A stretch of DNA of 64,000 nucleotides from Tubulanus polymorphus (Eukaryota; Animalia; Nemertea), in assembly GCF_964204645.1 (NCBI RefSeq), contig NC_134025.1, forward strand, positions 29,492,299 through 29,556,298. Direction: 5' to 3'. This document shows, one piece after another, positions 11,501-23,948 of this stretch. The notes beneath the pieces are model-generated. The model was not told where the DNA came from and did not search any database. It was given only the letters and a program-made list of their open reading frames with translations. Made by a program: the position numbers and the translations under genes. Within the stretch, counting starts at the first letter, position 1. The number at the start of each line of letters is the position of its first letter.

Positions 11501-14500
11501 CATTTAGCCATTCTTGGTAATAGAGACCTTGCCACTGATGCCAATATCTTCTTGGAATCAAGCGACTTCATATTAACAAAGTTGGCCTGTGGTATAACCT
11601 GACTAAGTGGTTTGGTTTCTACTTTTTTTCCAAGAAGTAGAACAAACATTCGAACTGACTTGAACGTTAGGCCACTCAGTAGCTCAGATACGGATACGGC
11701 ATCACTTTTCTTAGGGGTGGAACTTCCGATAAAAAGGTAAACCTCGTCAGTTGTCTCACCATCGGATTTGGGACTTGTCTTTGTATCGACGATTCTAGTG
11801 ATAACTTTAAGGAGATCCGCCGCTCCATCCGAAGCATCGTATTTTAATTGATCAACCTAAACGTTATAGAAGGTGAGTTAACGACAACAATTTTCTGGCT
11901 AAGAAAACAATCGTAGAATCAGACAAATGCAAAGTGTTCTTCCTACCTTACTTATCATCTTGAATTCCTGATATCTCTTCGTGCCTTGTAACGATGTAAC
12001 GGTTTCTGTTTTTGTCATCACATCGTGAATGATTACTTGTAAATACTTTTTATCAATTTTGAAACTTTCGATTATGGCTTTTATGAAATACTTGGCTTTC
12101 TTGAAGTTTGTTTGGCCAGTATTGGGGCTGGCGTCGAGAATGATAATAAGACGCATAGTAATTCGAATTCTTGCTGAAATTATGTAAATATACATGTAAA
12201 AACGATGATGTTATGTACAATGAAAACCGATTAACGACTGCAGTGTATGCATGTCCTTACGTTTAGGAGTGGTGGTAGGCTTCGGCGTTGTTGTTGTTGT
12301 TGGTGGATTAGTTTCTTTTTCTGTGGTTTGAGTAGTCGGTGCTTCTGTTTCTTTTTCAGTTGTCCTCTTGGTTGGCTTCTCCGTTTCTTTTTCCTTCTTT
12401 TTCTTTTTATTCGATTTTGTCTTACCTATGAGGGCACAACACTTGAAAATGAAATACCTTCAGAAAACACAGTCATACATAGGCCGATGGGTTGGATTTT
12501 GTTGGGCTTTGTACGTTTCCTGTTTCGAAAGTTCATAAAACCCATCACCATCAATAAGACTTGAAGCTTGTTTACTTACCATACTGCAACGCGTTGAAGA
12601 TTTGCTTACCTTATGATGAACTACCTTACCTCTCCGTTTCATATCTCAATATATTCGATATCTGCGAGTTGATCAATTCATCTGAAATCAAATATAAATC
12701 GACCAGGCTGAAGAGCCCAGCATGAATTCCCCACAATACTCTATAAGATATTTTTCGAGAACAAACTGGGAAAATAACGCACTCATAAAGATATCACATG
12801 ATGTACGCATAATATCCTACATTTCATGTTATCAACAGGTTGTGGTGCTTTATATATTTTTCCAGCTCAATTCCAAAACAACAACAAACACATTTATGGC
12901 CACAAGTATTCTTAAGCAATAAGCCAATTCATACCCGAATGCTTATGAGGTAAAGTACAAAGACTCCCTGACCACTTCAATCCAGCATCACATTCGTAAG
13001 CTGAAAAGCAAAAAGAGATGTCAGTGTTTTACCAAAATCCAGAGGCCCCTGTGCATGATTTACAAGTACCTTCGCAATGTCCTCTAATGCTGATTTGATT
13101 CTGTTCGCGGCAATAGGAATCTCGCCTTGCTTGATCAACGAATAGGTGAACCAACCATTTAGCGCGGCTTGCTCTTGAAGTTGCAGTACTGTAAAAACGC
13201 ATATGAGGTCCTGCTATCTGTCGTACAAATGATATGTCCTGGTGCATTCCGATCGGAATTGCGTACATATGTATTCTACTGTGGTAGAGTGTCTTGGATA
13301 TGGCATCGTGTAGATTAACTAGTATTGAAGCTTCCGTAGCAGTTGAACCCGGTCTACAACCACCGATAAACAAAACCGCTTTACTAATGCGATTACTACG
13401 CAATTCCGAACCTTGAAGAATGGCCACGAGAGATTGAACAGCGTCGATCATTTTCGGTGGTTTGTCGACGAACTTCAACGAATGCACTTCTTTCATGAAA
13501 TTGTTTACGATATCTGGTCGACTTGATTCTTTGAAAGTAATTTTTCGTGCAGCAGTGGTGTAGAATATCAATATGATTCGAGTCGAATGTTGTTCGGTTG
13601 TGTATTCCCTGACCAGTAGGTTTACGATTCGTTTTGCCGTCTCGAAATGTCCCTCCCCCGTAAATGATGACCCGTCCAGAAGAATTACCAGATCTATCAC
13701 TAGGGCCGTGGCTAGAATTCGAAAAATCAATACCGAAAATAATACACATTTAAGTTAGATGAATCGAATGGTGTGTGAAAGCCCTACCTGAAAAAGCCGA
13801 TGTAGGGCGGCACATTTTTGACACCCATTTCATTCCCTTTGGACATATGATAGCTATAATACAAAATATAATGAACAACATAACAATATATTAAAAGGGT
13901 TAGGAATGTACACCAGAAACCTCAAGAGCGGAATGTTTGGGTTGTGGCTTGTGGGTACTTACGAGTACACTTCCCATTTTGTGACACCATTCCAGTTCCG
14001 CAATGCAAATCTGAAAGTGGAAGATATCCACATCATAGCGTCTTATCACCTTCATATCATGTCATATTATTTTGTCATGTAAAGAAATTTATGGAAAAGC
14101 AAAATATTGAAAACAACGAACCTGCCTGGTATCTTCCCATAACGTTATTAACAGTAGTTATCATACTGGTCTCTTGTACGTAAAATACCATTTGAGGCCA
14201 TATAATCGTATTTAGGTACGCTGTATCTAGTCTTTGTCCCATTGGTAAGGCGTATATGCGGATATCATCGTGATACAGCTTGGTCATTTCTATCAATACT
14301 TTCTCCTTCTGAAACATCGGTGGGTGGCAACTTCCAAGCATAATGACAACTTTAGGAATGTTCGAGTTCTTGTTTTTGTCTAATGCGACCAATTCGACGA
14401 GTTTCTTCAAAGCTCCAGCCATATCGGGAGGTTTGTCCGAATGCGTGACACTTTTTAGCACGTTGTAATATTCTTGTACCGAGCTGGACGACACAAAAGA

Positions 14501-17500
14501 AAATGTTTCCACATCATGCGTATAGTAGACTAGATAGATCTTCATAAAGTTCTTTTCCAAGTGGTATTGTTGTAAGAGCATTCGGACAAATTCTCTTTCT
14601 GTTTGAACATTCGACTGAGTTGTATAGCCAGAACCATCCATCAGGATATAGAGATTCAACTGAAGCTTCTCTATAAATCAGAGATGAAAAACATCGTGAA
14701 CGTTTTTTACTATGATGATGTTTTTCTTTACAAAATGAGCGCAATTTACTAAACCCACCTGCTATGCGGGCGTCCATACATGATGTCAGCACCCATTTCA
14801 GATTGCTAGGACATTGTGTCTCTACAAGTTTCAAATATCTCTTATATTCATAACGTACGCTCATCAAAGATCAAACGGTTTCATAGGAAACACTTTTTAT
14901 TGTTATATATACATACCGACACATTCACCGCGAATCTTTAATTGACTGTATGGACATGTCGTATCTGCAAAAGGTTACAACTTATTCCATTTATACGATT
15001 CACTTATCCTTGTTCAAACTACCACCGCATCATCGATATTAATGTATTACCTTGGAACATGCGAGAAACTAGTTCAAGAGAGGTTGTCATCAGGACAGTA
15101 TCTCGTGATAAACGAGGGGTTGATCCTGACGATCTTTTCTTTCTTCTTTTATACTTCGTTTTCGTTCCTGTGCTGATATGAAATTGATATTGGGGCCAAA
15201 TATTCTCATTCAAGAAACTCATCTGAACTTGGGAACCATACGCAACGGCGTACACCCGATATTTCAAATTGTACAGTATCCGTATTTCTGATTTGGCGTA
15301 TTTCTCATCCTCTGCTTTGGGACGACAGCTACCAATAAGAAGAACGGCCGTTGGAATATCGTTTTTCTTGCTACCGGATGCTGTTGTGATTCCATCGATA
15401 GCTCTAAGTGCACCTAGCATAGCAGGAGGTTTCGACGATGATTGAAGACTAGCGAGACCTCTAAAGAACTCCTCTTTTTTAGCGTTTGAGCTATCGCCAG
15501 CGATTTCAAATTTTTCGTTTTTATCGGAATAAGCTACCACTGAGATTTTATAGGACGAAAATGCTAATTGACTTCCTTTCACGAAATCGACCACGAATTT
15601 CTTGATCATGTAAAAATGTCTGATACCAGTGAACGAAGATACATCCATAAGAACTATAATCTGCATCAGAGTAGCGCCTGAAAATTGAATGGTTATTATG
15701 GAAAAGTTCGATCCTGGAAGCTTAGGCAAAACAATAGATAAGCCCCACCAAGATGATACGTTATGCAACACACAATTCTTGAGGTTTCTGGTGTGAGAAA
15801 AATAGTTAAAGGAAGTTCATATTTATGATATTTACCTTTCCCTGTACAGGCGGAGCACATTAGGTTGGTTGCGTCCCATGTCAATCCACTAGGGCATTCT
15901 ATGGCTAGAAAGAAGTTCAATGAATGGACAATAAAAAGAAGTTGTCAGATACGACTAGAATTTTCAATAAAATGAAGTGTTATCTGTGTGTTTGTTGTTC
16001 TTACATATACACTTGCGGCTCATGATGTCGTAAGTCTCCTTTGGTCGACAGGATACATCTGTAATATATTCCGAAGAAGCCGATGTAAATAATAAGTATA
16101 AGTTTAAGTATTTATTCTATATAATATGGAAGGAATTTTTTTCAAATACTAAATAATGTTACTAAGTCGACAATATTCACCTTTGAAAACTCGTCTCATT
16201 AGGTTTTTAACTACTTCTGATGATTGGCTTTGATCGTTCACGTGGAATTGATTCTGTGGCCAAAAGGTCAATGCAAGCCGTTTAGGGTCGACTTTGGTGC
16301 CCATCGTAATAGCGTACATTCTAACACCGTGTTGGAATACTTTAGCCGCCATCTTGTTGCATTCGTCAGTTTGCGTACTTACTGCCATGCAGCTTCCCAA
16401 GCAAATCACCGAGACCTTCGCGTCTGCGCGATTTCTGTGCATGAAGAACTTCTCGATTTCGGTGTAAACGTCTTGCATATTCGGTGCATCAGCGGAGACT
16501 ACCAAATTCTGTATTTGTCGAATGACTGAGTTCTGTAGAGACGCTTGAGTGTAGTCTATACGCGCTGATACGGTACGAGCATACGGTAGGATGTATATTT
16601 GTAAATCGTTCGGGCTGACCGGATACGTCTTAACGATATGTTCAAGTACACCGCGCATAACATTGAAGCTCAAACTCCCGGTGTATGAAGACGAATCCAG
16701 TAGAATCCAAAGATCGACTTTGCTTGCTGCAATGGAGACACGTAAGAATTATAGTCTGCATCAGAGAAGCACCTGAGAATTGAATGTTTTTCGTGGAAAG
16801 TTCGATCCTAGAAGCCTAGGCCAAATTAAACCGTCATCTAAGCATCATCTAATAGATACTATGGCGTAACGTCATTCTGTTCAACTCTAGCTAAAACTTA
16901 CTTGAAGTAAATTGTCCACCTTTGCACAAATATTTCTCGGGGTCGAATTTTAATGAAGCGCCACAGGTCGCCTCTGAAATGTGAACAGTGAAGATTGAGA
17001 ACATTGATACTCTGTTCCTACGTATGAATATCTAAAAAGGGGATGAATTACAATCTAACTCACGAGTGCATTGCTTGGTATCTTTTGACATCACCATCCC
17101 AGAAGAACAGCCATTATCTGAAATAGCAATATCATTTCTATCATATCTACTGATAAATTGATAATTCAGCCGGTATATCCGTATATAAAATAGCCCTTGG
17201 TGAAACACTCGTGTTGTGGCGATGATATAAAAAAGGTCCTTCACAACAAATGAAAAAGAAATAAAGTCCAAAATGTTTCCTGAGCTTTTCCTTTCGGCTT
17301 TATCCTTATAGTCATCACCACGGAAACATTTTTGACTTCATTTCATTTTCCATTCTTAGTTCTTAGGGATTTTCATATAAAGAATATTACCTGCATTAAT
17401 CTGTTTCAATATCGATTCTGATATTTTGTTCATTTCGTCCTGACTCGTTGCCAAACTTAATTTAAACTGATTTTGCAGCCAAACGAATGTCGATGTAAAT

Positions 17501-20500
17501 TGCGTATCTTTCTTCTGACCGAGCTCTAAATGGTAAACTCTGGTCCCACGTTTCAAGATGTTGCCGAACGATTTTATGACGGGTTTCATCTGATCCGGCT
17601 GAGCGACGCCATCACCGGCGATCAGTATAGCTCGTTTAATTCCGGGTCTGAACCATGTAGTTCCAGACATCATATCTGATAACGATTTCAAAGCAGCCAA
17701 CATGTCGGGTGGTTTGTTGTCATAAGCCAGTCGAGAAATCTGTGATGCATACACCTTGTAACGATACAAACAGATAGAAGATTATGAAACATTTTTTCTC
17801 GTAAACTATATACGAAAAATGACCCAGTCGTGGCACCTATCTGGGAGTGTCCGGGTAAAATTATCATTCCAGGTGCGATAGATGCGAGGCCAAGCTGTTC
17901 ACAGAGCTATCACTAATGCACGCCGAATGGGACGGACTTTTACAATTTTTGCACAAAATAAGTCTTGACGTTTCATAAGGCGATGAAGCCAGTGATGTAA
18001 CTCGCGAACTAACCAATGAAACGTTGTAGATAACGCGTACAACGAAATAGAATATCAATTTACCTTAAGATATTGCTGGTTTTCATTGTCCACAAAACTA
18101 AGGGTTTGAGTTGCGGAACTACCATAACTGATAACTATTACATTCAACGCTTTTTTATTCATGGGAAACCCGTTGATTACAGCTGGAAGTAACTGGCGAA
18201 GAACTTTGAATTCATTTTCACCAGTATAAGACGAAGAATCCAAAAATATGACGAGGTCCATCAGAATAAGGTCTGGAAATAAGATATGAGGTTACTGAAT
18301 AAGTAAAAAGCAAAATCAATGAATATGATACAATCAATTCAATAAAAAACATTAAAATTCTATCATAAGCAATATGTGTTATGATGAGCGTGAAATGATT
18401 CATCATCTGAGAAAATCTTACCGTTTGTTTGGCCATGGATGCACATACTTGTTCCGTCCCATCTATAGTTTGGTCCGCAAGTAATTGCTATAAACGTAGA
18501 AAGTTTGGTACAATGATTTGTTAGATCTTTGCACAAATAAAATCAGAGAAAATTGGTCGGGTACGGCGCACTTACGTCCACAAGCTCCATTAGGTAGTGT
18601 AAACAAATTATCCATTTTACATGTTTTCACAGCTAGAATTTGAAAGAAATAAGTCAGGTATTTTGATGTAGCATGCAGTACAATCAGAGATCTATTCTTA
18701 CTGATTTCTTTACTTACATCCATACACGCTATCAACTACGTTCTTCGCCATTTCAGCGAGATTCGTTTTTGTCGCCACCTTTGGTACATAGAAAGTTGAC
18801 TCCTTCCACGCTATTCCCATCATGAAGTTCAAATCGAGTGTGTCACCGGCGCTAACGTAGAAATATCTGACTTGCTTTTTGTAGGACTTTTTCACGTCCT
18901 TGATAATTGCTTTATGTTCGCTTGGATCTTTCGCTTGACCGCTACCAATGATAAGGATGGCTGTTGGGAAGTAACCTCCTCTTAAATACTTCGCTTTTTC
19001 GGAACTTTTTGATTCGACCATTTTTGTAACTTCCGCAATGAGTTCTCTCATTTGAGATTGTCCTTGGAATGGAATTGTTTGCAGTCGATCATCAACATTT
19101 GACGACTGGTCTTTGAAAGTGGTCACTTGAACAATGCTGAAAAGACATATATATATGGTAGAAAGTGTTTTAAGAACGAACGTAATATATTATATTCAGG
19201 GTTGATAAATCAAATGCGTAATGACTCGTAATGCGTATTCATGAGGCAACTTATCCGCGCTCAGAATGATTTTTTATCGTTGTGCAAAAATATTTATCAC
19301 TAACAATCACTAAAAACCACATGATTTATCAGTGACAAAGTGTAAAGTCTAAACGATGTAGAACCATAAAAAAGCGATTATAAAGAGATATCGATAGAAA
19401 TATATGAATAATATGTAATTACTTATCATAGTAAACCAAGGCAATTTCGAGTGATTGTACTCCGATTGTATATTGTTTTCCAATTGCACTAATGAGCATC
19501 TTGACTTTATCTGACATTTTTCCGGTGTTGTCAGAATTATCCATGATTATTATCAGATCCAACGCGATGTTCTCTGCAAATCAAATAATTCGTGTACGTG
19601 AAATCACAATGTAAATGATACAAAAATTATTGATAAGTTATCATCATACTTTGGTCGTAGGATTCATCACAACGTCCAAGTTTTTTGGACCATTTCAATT
19701 CCTTTGGACAAACAATATCTTTGCATCCGTCCAACCCGTTGAATTTGCCATTTTCACATTTCATATCTAAAAAGATGAATGAATAATATACAAAGAGATG
19801 ATTTATAACCACTCAGCTCGAGAGAAGTAGAATGTAAGTTTTTTTTACCATTTAGAATACGTGTAATAAGTTCATCACAATCTTCTGATGTTGATCCAGT
19901 CGATGGGAGCTCGAAGCTAAAGCTGTTCCAGATGACAGTCTCGGTGAAGCTCTTATCTTTACTAGAACCGACAGTTACGTGGTAAATGTAATTGAATTTT
20001 CGGTAGATGTTGAACAACGAGGTTTTCACTTTTTCTTTCGATTTACTATCGGCGTTAAAAGCGCCCAGTAACACAGCCGCAACGGCTCTACTCCCGGACG
20101 ACTGAACCGTCGGATCTAATGTGCTTACAAGACTCGGTAAATTGTCCGTGTTGTCTAGATAGGGTATATTTTGAATTTGATCTTTTGTTTCCTTGCTTTT
20201 CGACGGGTCATCGATGCGAATAGTTCTGGCGCTATCGCTTTCGATATAAATCAAGTTGATTTTGAGATCGGGGTCGCCTACGTTATAACGTTTAAGCAGA
20301 TCGAATAGAAACATTTTCAGCTGGGTCAGTTGATCGCGGCCGGTGCGAGCAGTATTGTCAATAGCTATTGAAACATCTGCCGGTGCCGATTCTGAAAATA
20401 ATATGTACAAGATATAACAGACGTTTTGTTCTGAATTTAGAATGGACCAAGCGTTCACACTAGCGAAAAATGGCACGGACCAACTTAGAACGGGCAAAAT

Positions 20501-22004
20501 CAACACCGATCAAAAAGACCTGATCCTGATCCGTTCTAAGTTCTAGAAAGGATCATTTCTCTGTGAAACATTGCCGACTTGCTGTGGACGGACAGCATTG
20601 GTTTGAACCGTCCTAGGGAACATACAGGCTAAACTAGCGATAGTGTGAATGCGGCTGTAAAATCAGGTAAAACGAATATAAGTGAATGTATATTTACTTT
20701 TTTGCGGAGGAGGAGAAGTAGTAGGTGTTGTGATTTCAGGGGTAGTTGTCGGCTCTGGTGTTGTAGTCGGTTTACAATCGCAATACATGTTCTTCCATTC
20801 GCATGTTGTGTAGCATTTTATTGCTGCAATTCGATATAATTTTGTTTAATCTTTAAAAGATAGTTTCTCAATTTCAATTAATTATGGGTCTTTTATACTT
20901 ACTCGAACAGCCTTGGTCTTGAGATGACACCTGGTTGAATTCACATTTCTGATCTGAAATTCATTCAAAAATGCATCCTAATTTTCTCCATCATTTTGAT
21001 TTTCTCCAAAGGATGAACGCCAAAAATTAGATTTTACCTGCTAACAGCTTTTTTATCATTTTATCAGCAAATCTATTCAGTTGTTCAGTAGTCATAGATG
21101 GCGTTGCGTCCTTTAGCCAGTTCTGTTCCCAAACTAACCGATGTGACGTCAAAACGCGATTGTCCAATTGATCCATCTGCCCTAGTCTGATAGCGTATAC
21201 ACGAATTCGTCCTGTCCGTAGATAAATAATCGAATTATCTTATAATCGTTAATCTATCGTAGGAATTAAAAACTAGTAAAAAGACATTTTCTTATCTAAA
21301 TGTTTAGAAAAATATTCCAAATTAGTTTTTGAAGCAAAAGTTCCAGAAATCATGCTGTTTACCTTTGTAAATTGTTTGCATGTCAGTAACAACTGTTTCT
21401 TCATTTTTCTTCTGCGGTAAGCCTCCACCAATCACAACGACAACTTTAGGCGCATCCATTCGCACGTCAGAACCTGTTTTCAAGGCTGTCTTAGCCGCCG
21501 CCACTGCCGCGCTCATTCCACTGGTCGAACCACCTTCATATGTCAACGATTTAAACTCGCTTGTGAATTTCTGAATTTGATCCTTCGATATATCGCCGGT
21601 GAGCGTGTATTCGCGCACTTGTTTCGACTCGGTTGTGAAGTAATAGATCTTAAGTTGCAGCCCGTCCTGTGTTAAAGCGTAGTTGTTTGCCAATGTCGTT
21701 ACTATTCCTTGTCCCGCCTGCATTTCTCTGTTTCCCGTATCTCCAGATCCATCGAAAAGAATTATCATGTCTAACTTCACCTTTTCTAAAAGTTTAGATC
21801 GCTATTCAATGATTTATACAACTGGTTTTTATAAAAGACCGTTAAGAATATATACATACGCTTCATATTAGCGAGGTCGTTATTTTTATCCGATGGATCT
21901 GGTGGGGGCTTTGTACCGCCATCAAGCCCCTGGGCCCCTGATGCACCCCTTGCCCCAAAGAGGCAAACCAGCACCAGGACTGGAAGGGGCCATCGTACAA
22001 TCAT
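2553..22004 (-). CDS. Very large secreted multi-VWA protein (12 vWA domains, Cys-pair micro-exons, Pro/Lys/Thr tandem repeats, His/Pro-rich C-terminus)
   Basis: Signal-peptide exon MIVRWPLPVLVLVCLFGARGASG starts at ATG 22004. It is followed by 12 vWA-type modules (hydrophobic strand + D-x-S/T), separated by phase-1 small exons with CPxG...C. The C-terminal exon is ~2651-3266; the stop is either at 2647 (unspliced) or 2553 (spliced ...KKNYG*). Continuity across ~5920-6680 and ~4630-5220 is inferred, not proven. Confidence 0.8.
5223..5771 (-). CDS. vWA domain 12
   Basis: ADICLAIDTSYAIG...VRVAIVGFG...GNTAAAL...FSTANGARDKTVAKVIVMIGAG; matrilin/collagen-VI-like vWA. Confidence 0.9.
6680..7250 (-). 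CDS. vWA domain 11
   Basis: VDVIFVIDSSDAVG...VRLGIVRFSD...RKAVILITSS...ELFTIVVG; classic vWA pattern. Confidence 0.9.
8316..10458 (-). repeat. Coding tandem-repeat exon: 7 x 129-bp (43-aa) P/K/T-rich units plus 8 x ~96-bp (32-aa) P/T/V-rich units, mucin-like
   Basis: The CCTCATT anchor recurs at 9274, 9403, 9532, 9661, 9790, 9919 and 10048 (129-bp period; unit TKKPCKTKKPNEEAPEPTKPGAPKPTKPG[A/D]PKPTKPGDPAVVP). The second unit, TTTKPCKTPPPALPGQPTVVPGQPTVPVAPGV, occurs 8 times in ~8370-9160. Confidence 0.95.
10595..11170 (-). CDS. vWA domain 10
   Basis: VTLILLIDASSGTG...PNMVVTIGGS...VLYYAITTG. Confidence 0.8.
11502..12173 (-). CDS. vWA domain 9 (2 exons)
   Basis: MRLIIILDASPNTG + ...EVYLFIGSS...VRMFVLLLG (second exon read by hand). 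Confidence 0.75.
13070..13711 (-). CDS. vWA domain 8
   Basis: IDLVILLDGSSFTG...KAVLFIGGC...IHMYAIPIG. Confidence 0.8.
14122..14670 (-). CDS. vWA domain 7
   Basis: LNLYILMDGSGYT...PKVVIMLGSC...IRIYALPMG. Confidence 0.8.
15051..15677 (-). CDS. vWA domain 6
   Basis: QIIVLMDVSSFTG...PTAVLLIGSC...RVYAVAYG, followed by KRRKKRS. Confidence 0.8.
16181..16727 (-). CDS. vWA domain 5
   Basis: SKVDLWILLDSSSYTG...KVSVICLGSC...VRMYAITMG. Confidence 0.8.
17391..18273 (-). CDS. vWA domain 4 (2 exons)
   Basis: MDLVIFLDSSSYTG + ...KPPDMLAAL...KRAILIAGDG...RVYHLELG. Confidence 0.8.
18717..19573 (-). CDS. vWA domain 3 (2 exons)
   Basis: NIALDLIIIMDNSDNTG (read by hand, ~19423-19573) spliced to IVQVTTFK...PTAILIIGSG...VRYFYVSAG. 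Confidence 0.75.
19849..20391 (-). CDS. vWA domain 2
   Basis: APADVSIAIDNTARTG...AVAAVLLG...IYHVTVG. Confidence 0.75.
20449..20656. mobile_element. MITE-like element, family B (TIR ~AGCCGCGTTCACACTATCGCTAG), intronic
   Basis: The 5' GCGTTCACACTAGCG and 3' CTAGCGATAGTGTGAATGCGGCT ends are inverted. Related copies lie at ~38608-38934, 45232-45560, 52663-53025 and 61296-61475. Confidence 0.55.
21039..21785 (-). CDS. vWA domain 1 of the multi-VWA gene (2 exons)
   Basis: KLDMIILFDGSGDTG...APKVVVVIGGG...RIRVYAIRLG. Confidence 0.8.
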
Positions 22005-22513
22005 TGCCCACCTACCTATAAAAAGGACAAAACACTTAGTGATTCCTGTTTAAAAGAACGGCGCGAACCTGCAGTCGCCAACATGTTTACTATTTAGTTT
22101 CAAGAAATCAGTTTATGAATAAGAAATTGAATCTAGAATGACTATTTACTCAAATATTACCTCCACTATATGCACGTATTTTTTTACTTTTCCGTGTAAT
22201 AAGAAAACATATTCCGTGACGCGTTTGCCAACCGCATCTCACATAGTTCCACGTGTAAATGTCAGTTTGCTCGAACCCTTTCGCAAACATCTGGCCGCCA
22301 AACACTCCAATTAAGTATCGACTCGAAAAACTTTCTAATTATCGAAAATATTCTAATTGGAATGTTGGCTTTTGAATATCGAGTTTTACTAATTGAAGGG
22401 GGCATTTCGAAGGTTGTCGGATTATTCCTCTAAAGGGGAGTGTAACGTTTAAAGCTGAGAGTTCAAATCTATGAATCGTTGGTTACTAAAATCGTTTCGA
22501 GTCACCTGTTCAG

Positions 22514-22887
22514 AGCCGCACCTTCGTCCTCTTTCGAAATGGGTTAGGTATCTAGAACCAATTCCACAGTTCTCGACTGATTCTGACGCGTAGGGTGATG
22601 ATAATTCATTTTCAATTTATTACTGACAATATATATACGTAGCCGCACCATCGTCCTTTTTCGAAATGGGTTAGGTATCTAGAACCAATTCCACAGTTCT
22701 CGACTGATTCTGACGCGTAGGGTGATGATAATTCATTTTCAATTTATTACTGACAATATATATACGTAGCCGCACCATCGTCCTTTTTCGAAATGGGTTA
22801 GGTATCTAGAACCAATTCCACAGTTCTCGACTGATTCTGACGCGTAGTGATGATAATTCATTTTCAATTTATTACTGACAATACGTA
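22514..22887. repeat. Tandem repeat, 3 x 127 bp, upstream of the multi-VWA gene
   Basis: The unit AGCCGCACC...GGGTTAGGTATCTAGAACCAATTCCACAGTTCTCGAC... starts at 22514, 22641 and 22768; the copies are nearly identical. Confidence 0.95.
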
Positions 22888-23948
22888 TAACGATTAATCA
22901 GTTACGCAACCTAGAATTTCGTCCCAAATAGGACGATTTCATACTGGATATAACGAACTACGTAGCAGTTGCTGCGAACAGATTTTCTGGTTTCGCTGAA
23001 GTTCGTTGTAATGAAATTCCAACTGTATTTTACACCAAGTCCAGGGGGTGTCAGTCGGAAGGTATTTCGGAAATTAGTTTCGCATCTAAAACTGGGGAAA
23101 CCTCGTAACTATTTAAACGCAGGTTCAATAATATGGATCTTCTTTTCGTGATTATTACTGCGCGTTCGTTCCATTTCTAGATGGGTTTGATAAGTCAGTG
23201 GACTAGAGGTCTGTCTGTCTGTAGAGGGAGTCTCGGAGAATATATGCATCAAAAAGTCTGTTCTCAGGCAAATTAAAAAAACAACTACGTCAAATATTGC
23301 CCGAATTAAGTTTATTAATACGTCAACAGTGTTTTTAGGACGGTATATCATAGCAGTTTCCCCATACACTATTAGATAAATAGAATTAAAATATAGCGTA
23401 TATAAACTAAATCAATTGTAGAAAACGGTAGATTATTAGGGTTTATATTGTATAAATATTTGTAAATTCGAAAATCTCAGCTCATATATTTGCATACAAA
23501 CTGTGCGAAGACACATTTATCCAGTTTACACAAATACCGGGTACATCGAAATTATGTTTCTACAATAATGGAAGCGATAAAAACTAACGGTATTCACAAT
23601 CGTGTCAGTTATACAATTCAATTCATTTATGTTTATATTATTAATACAAGTAATAAAATATTATCTTACAATTTGATACATTAAATAGTGCGACCTGGTT
23701 AAATAGCAGAATTACAAATGGAGGTAGGAGTTATAGAGACAGGTTAAACAGTGCTATAGATTTTTAAAGACAGATTATGATTGATTTAGATCGATTTATG
23801 GAAGAGACAATTTACTGATTAGACAGATTTATAGAATCACATACTGGTAGACAGGTTTGGGCAGGTTTCAACTGAACGTTGATTCCGGATTACGAATTCT
23901 GGCCGCTTCTATCAGGTTTACGGATTATGCCATTCGAGAATAGGTTAA

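Noticed and set aside
5047-21785. Calling the multi-VWA gene collagen VI or matrilin
   Set aside because: No Gly-X-Y triple helix, canonical EGF domains or coiled coil was seen; only the vWA fold is shared.
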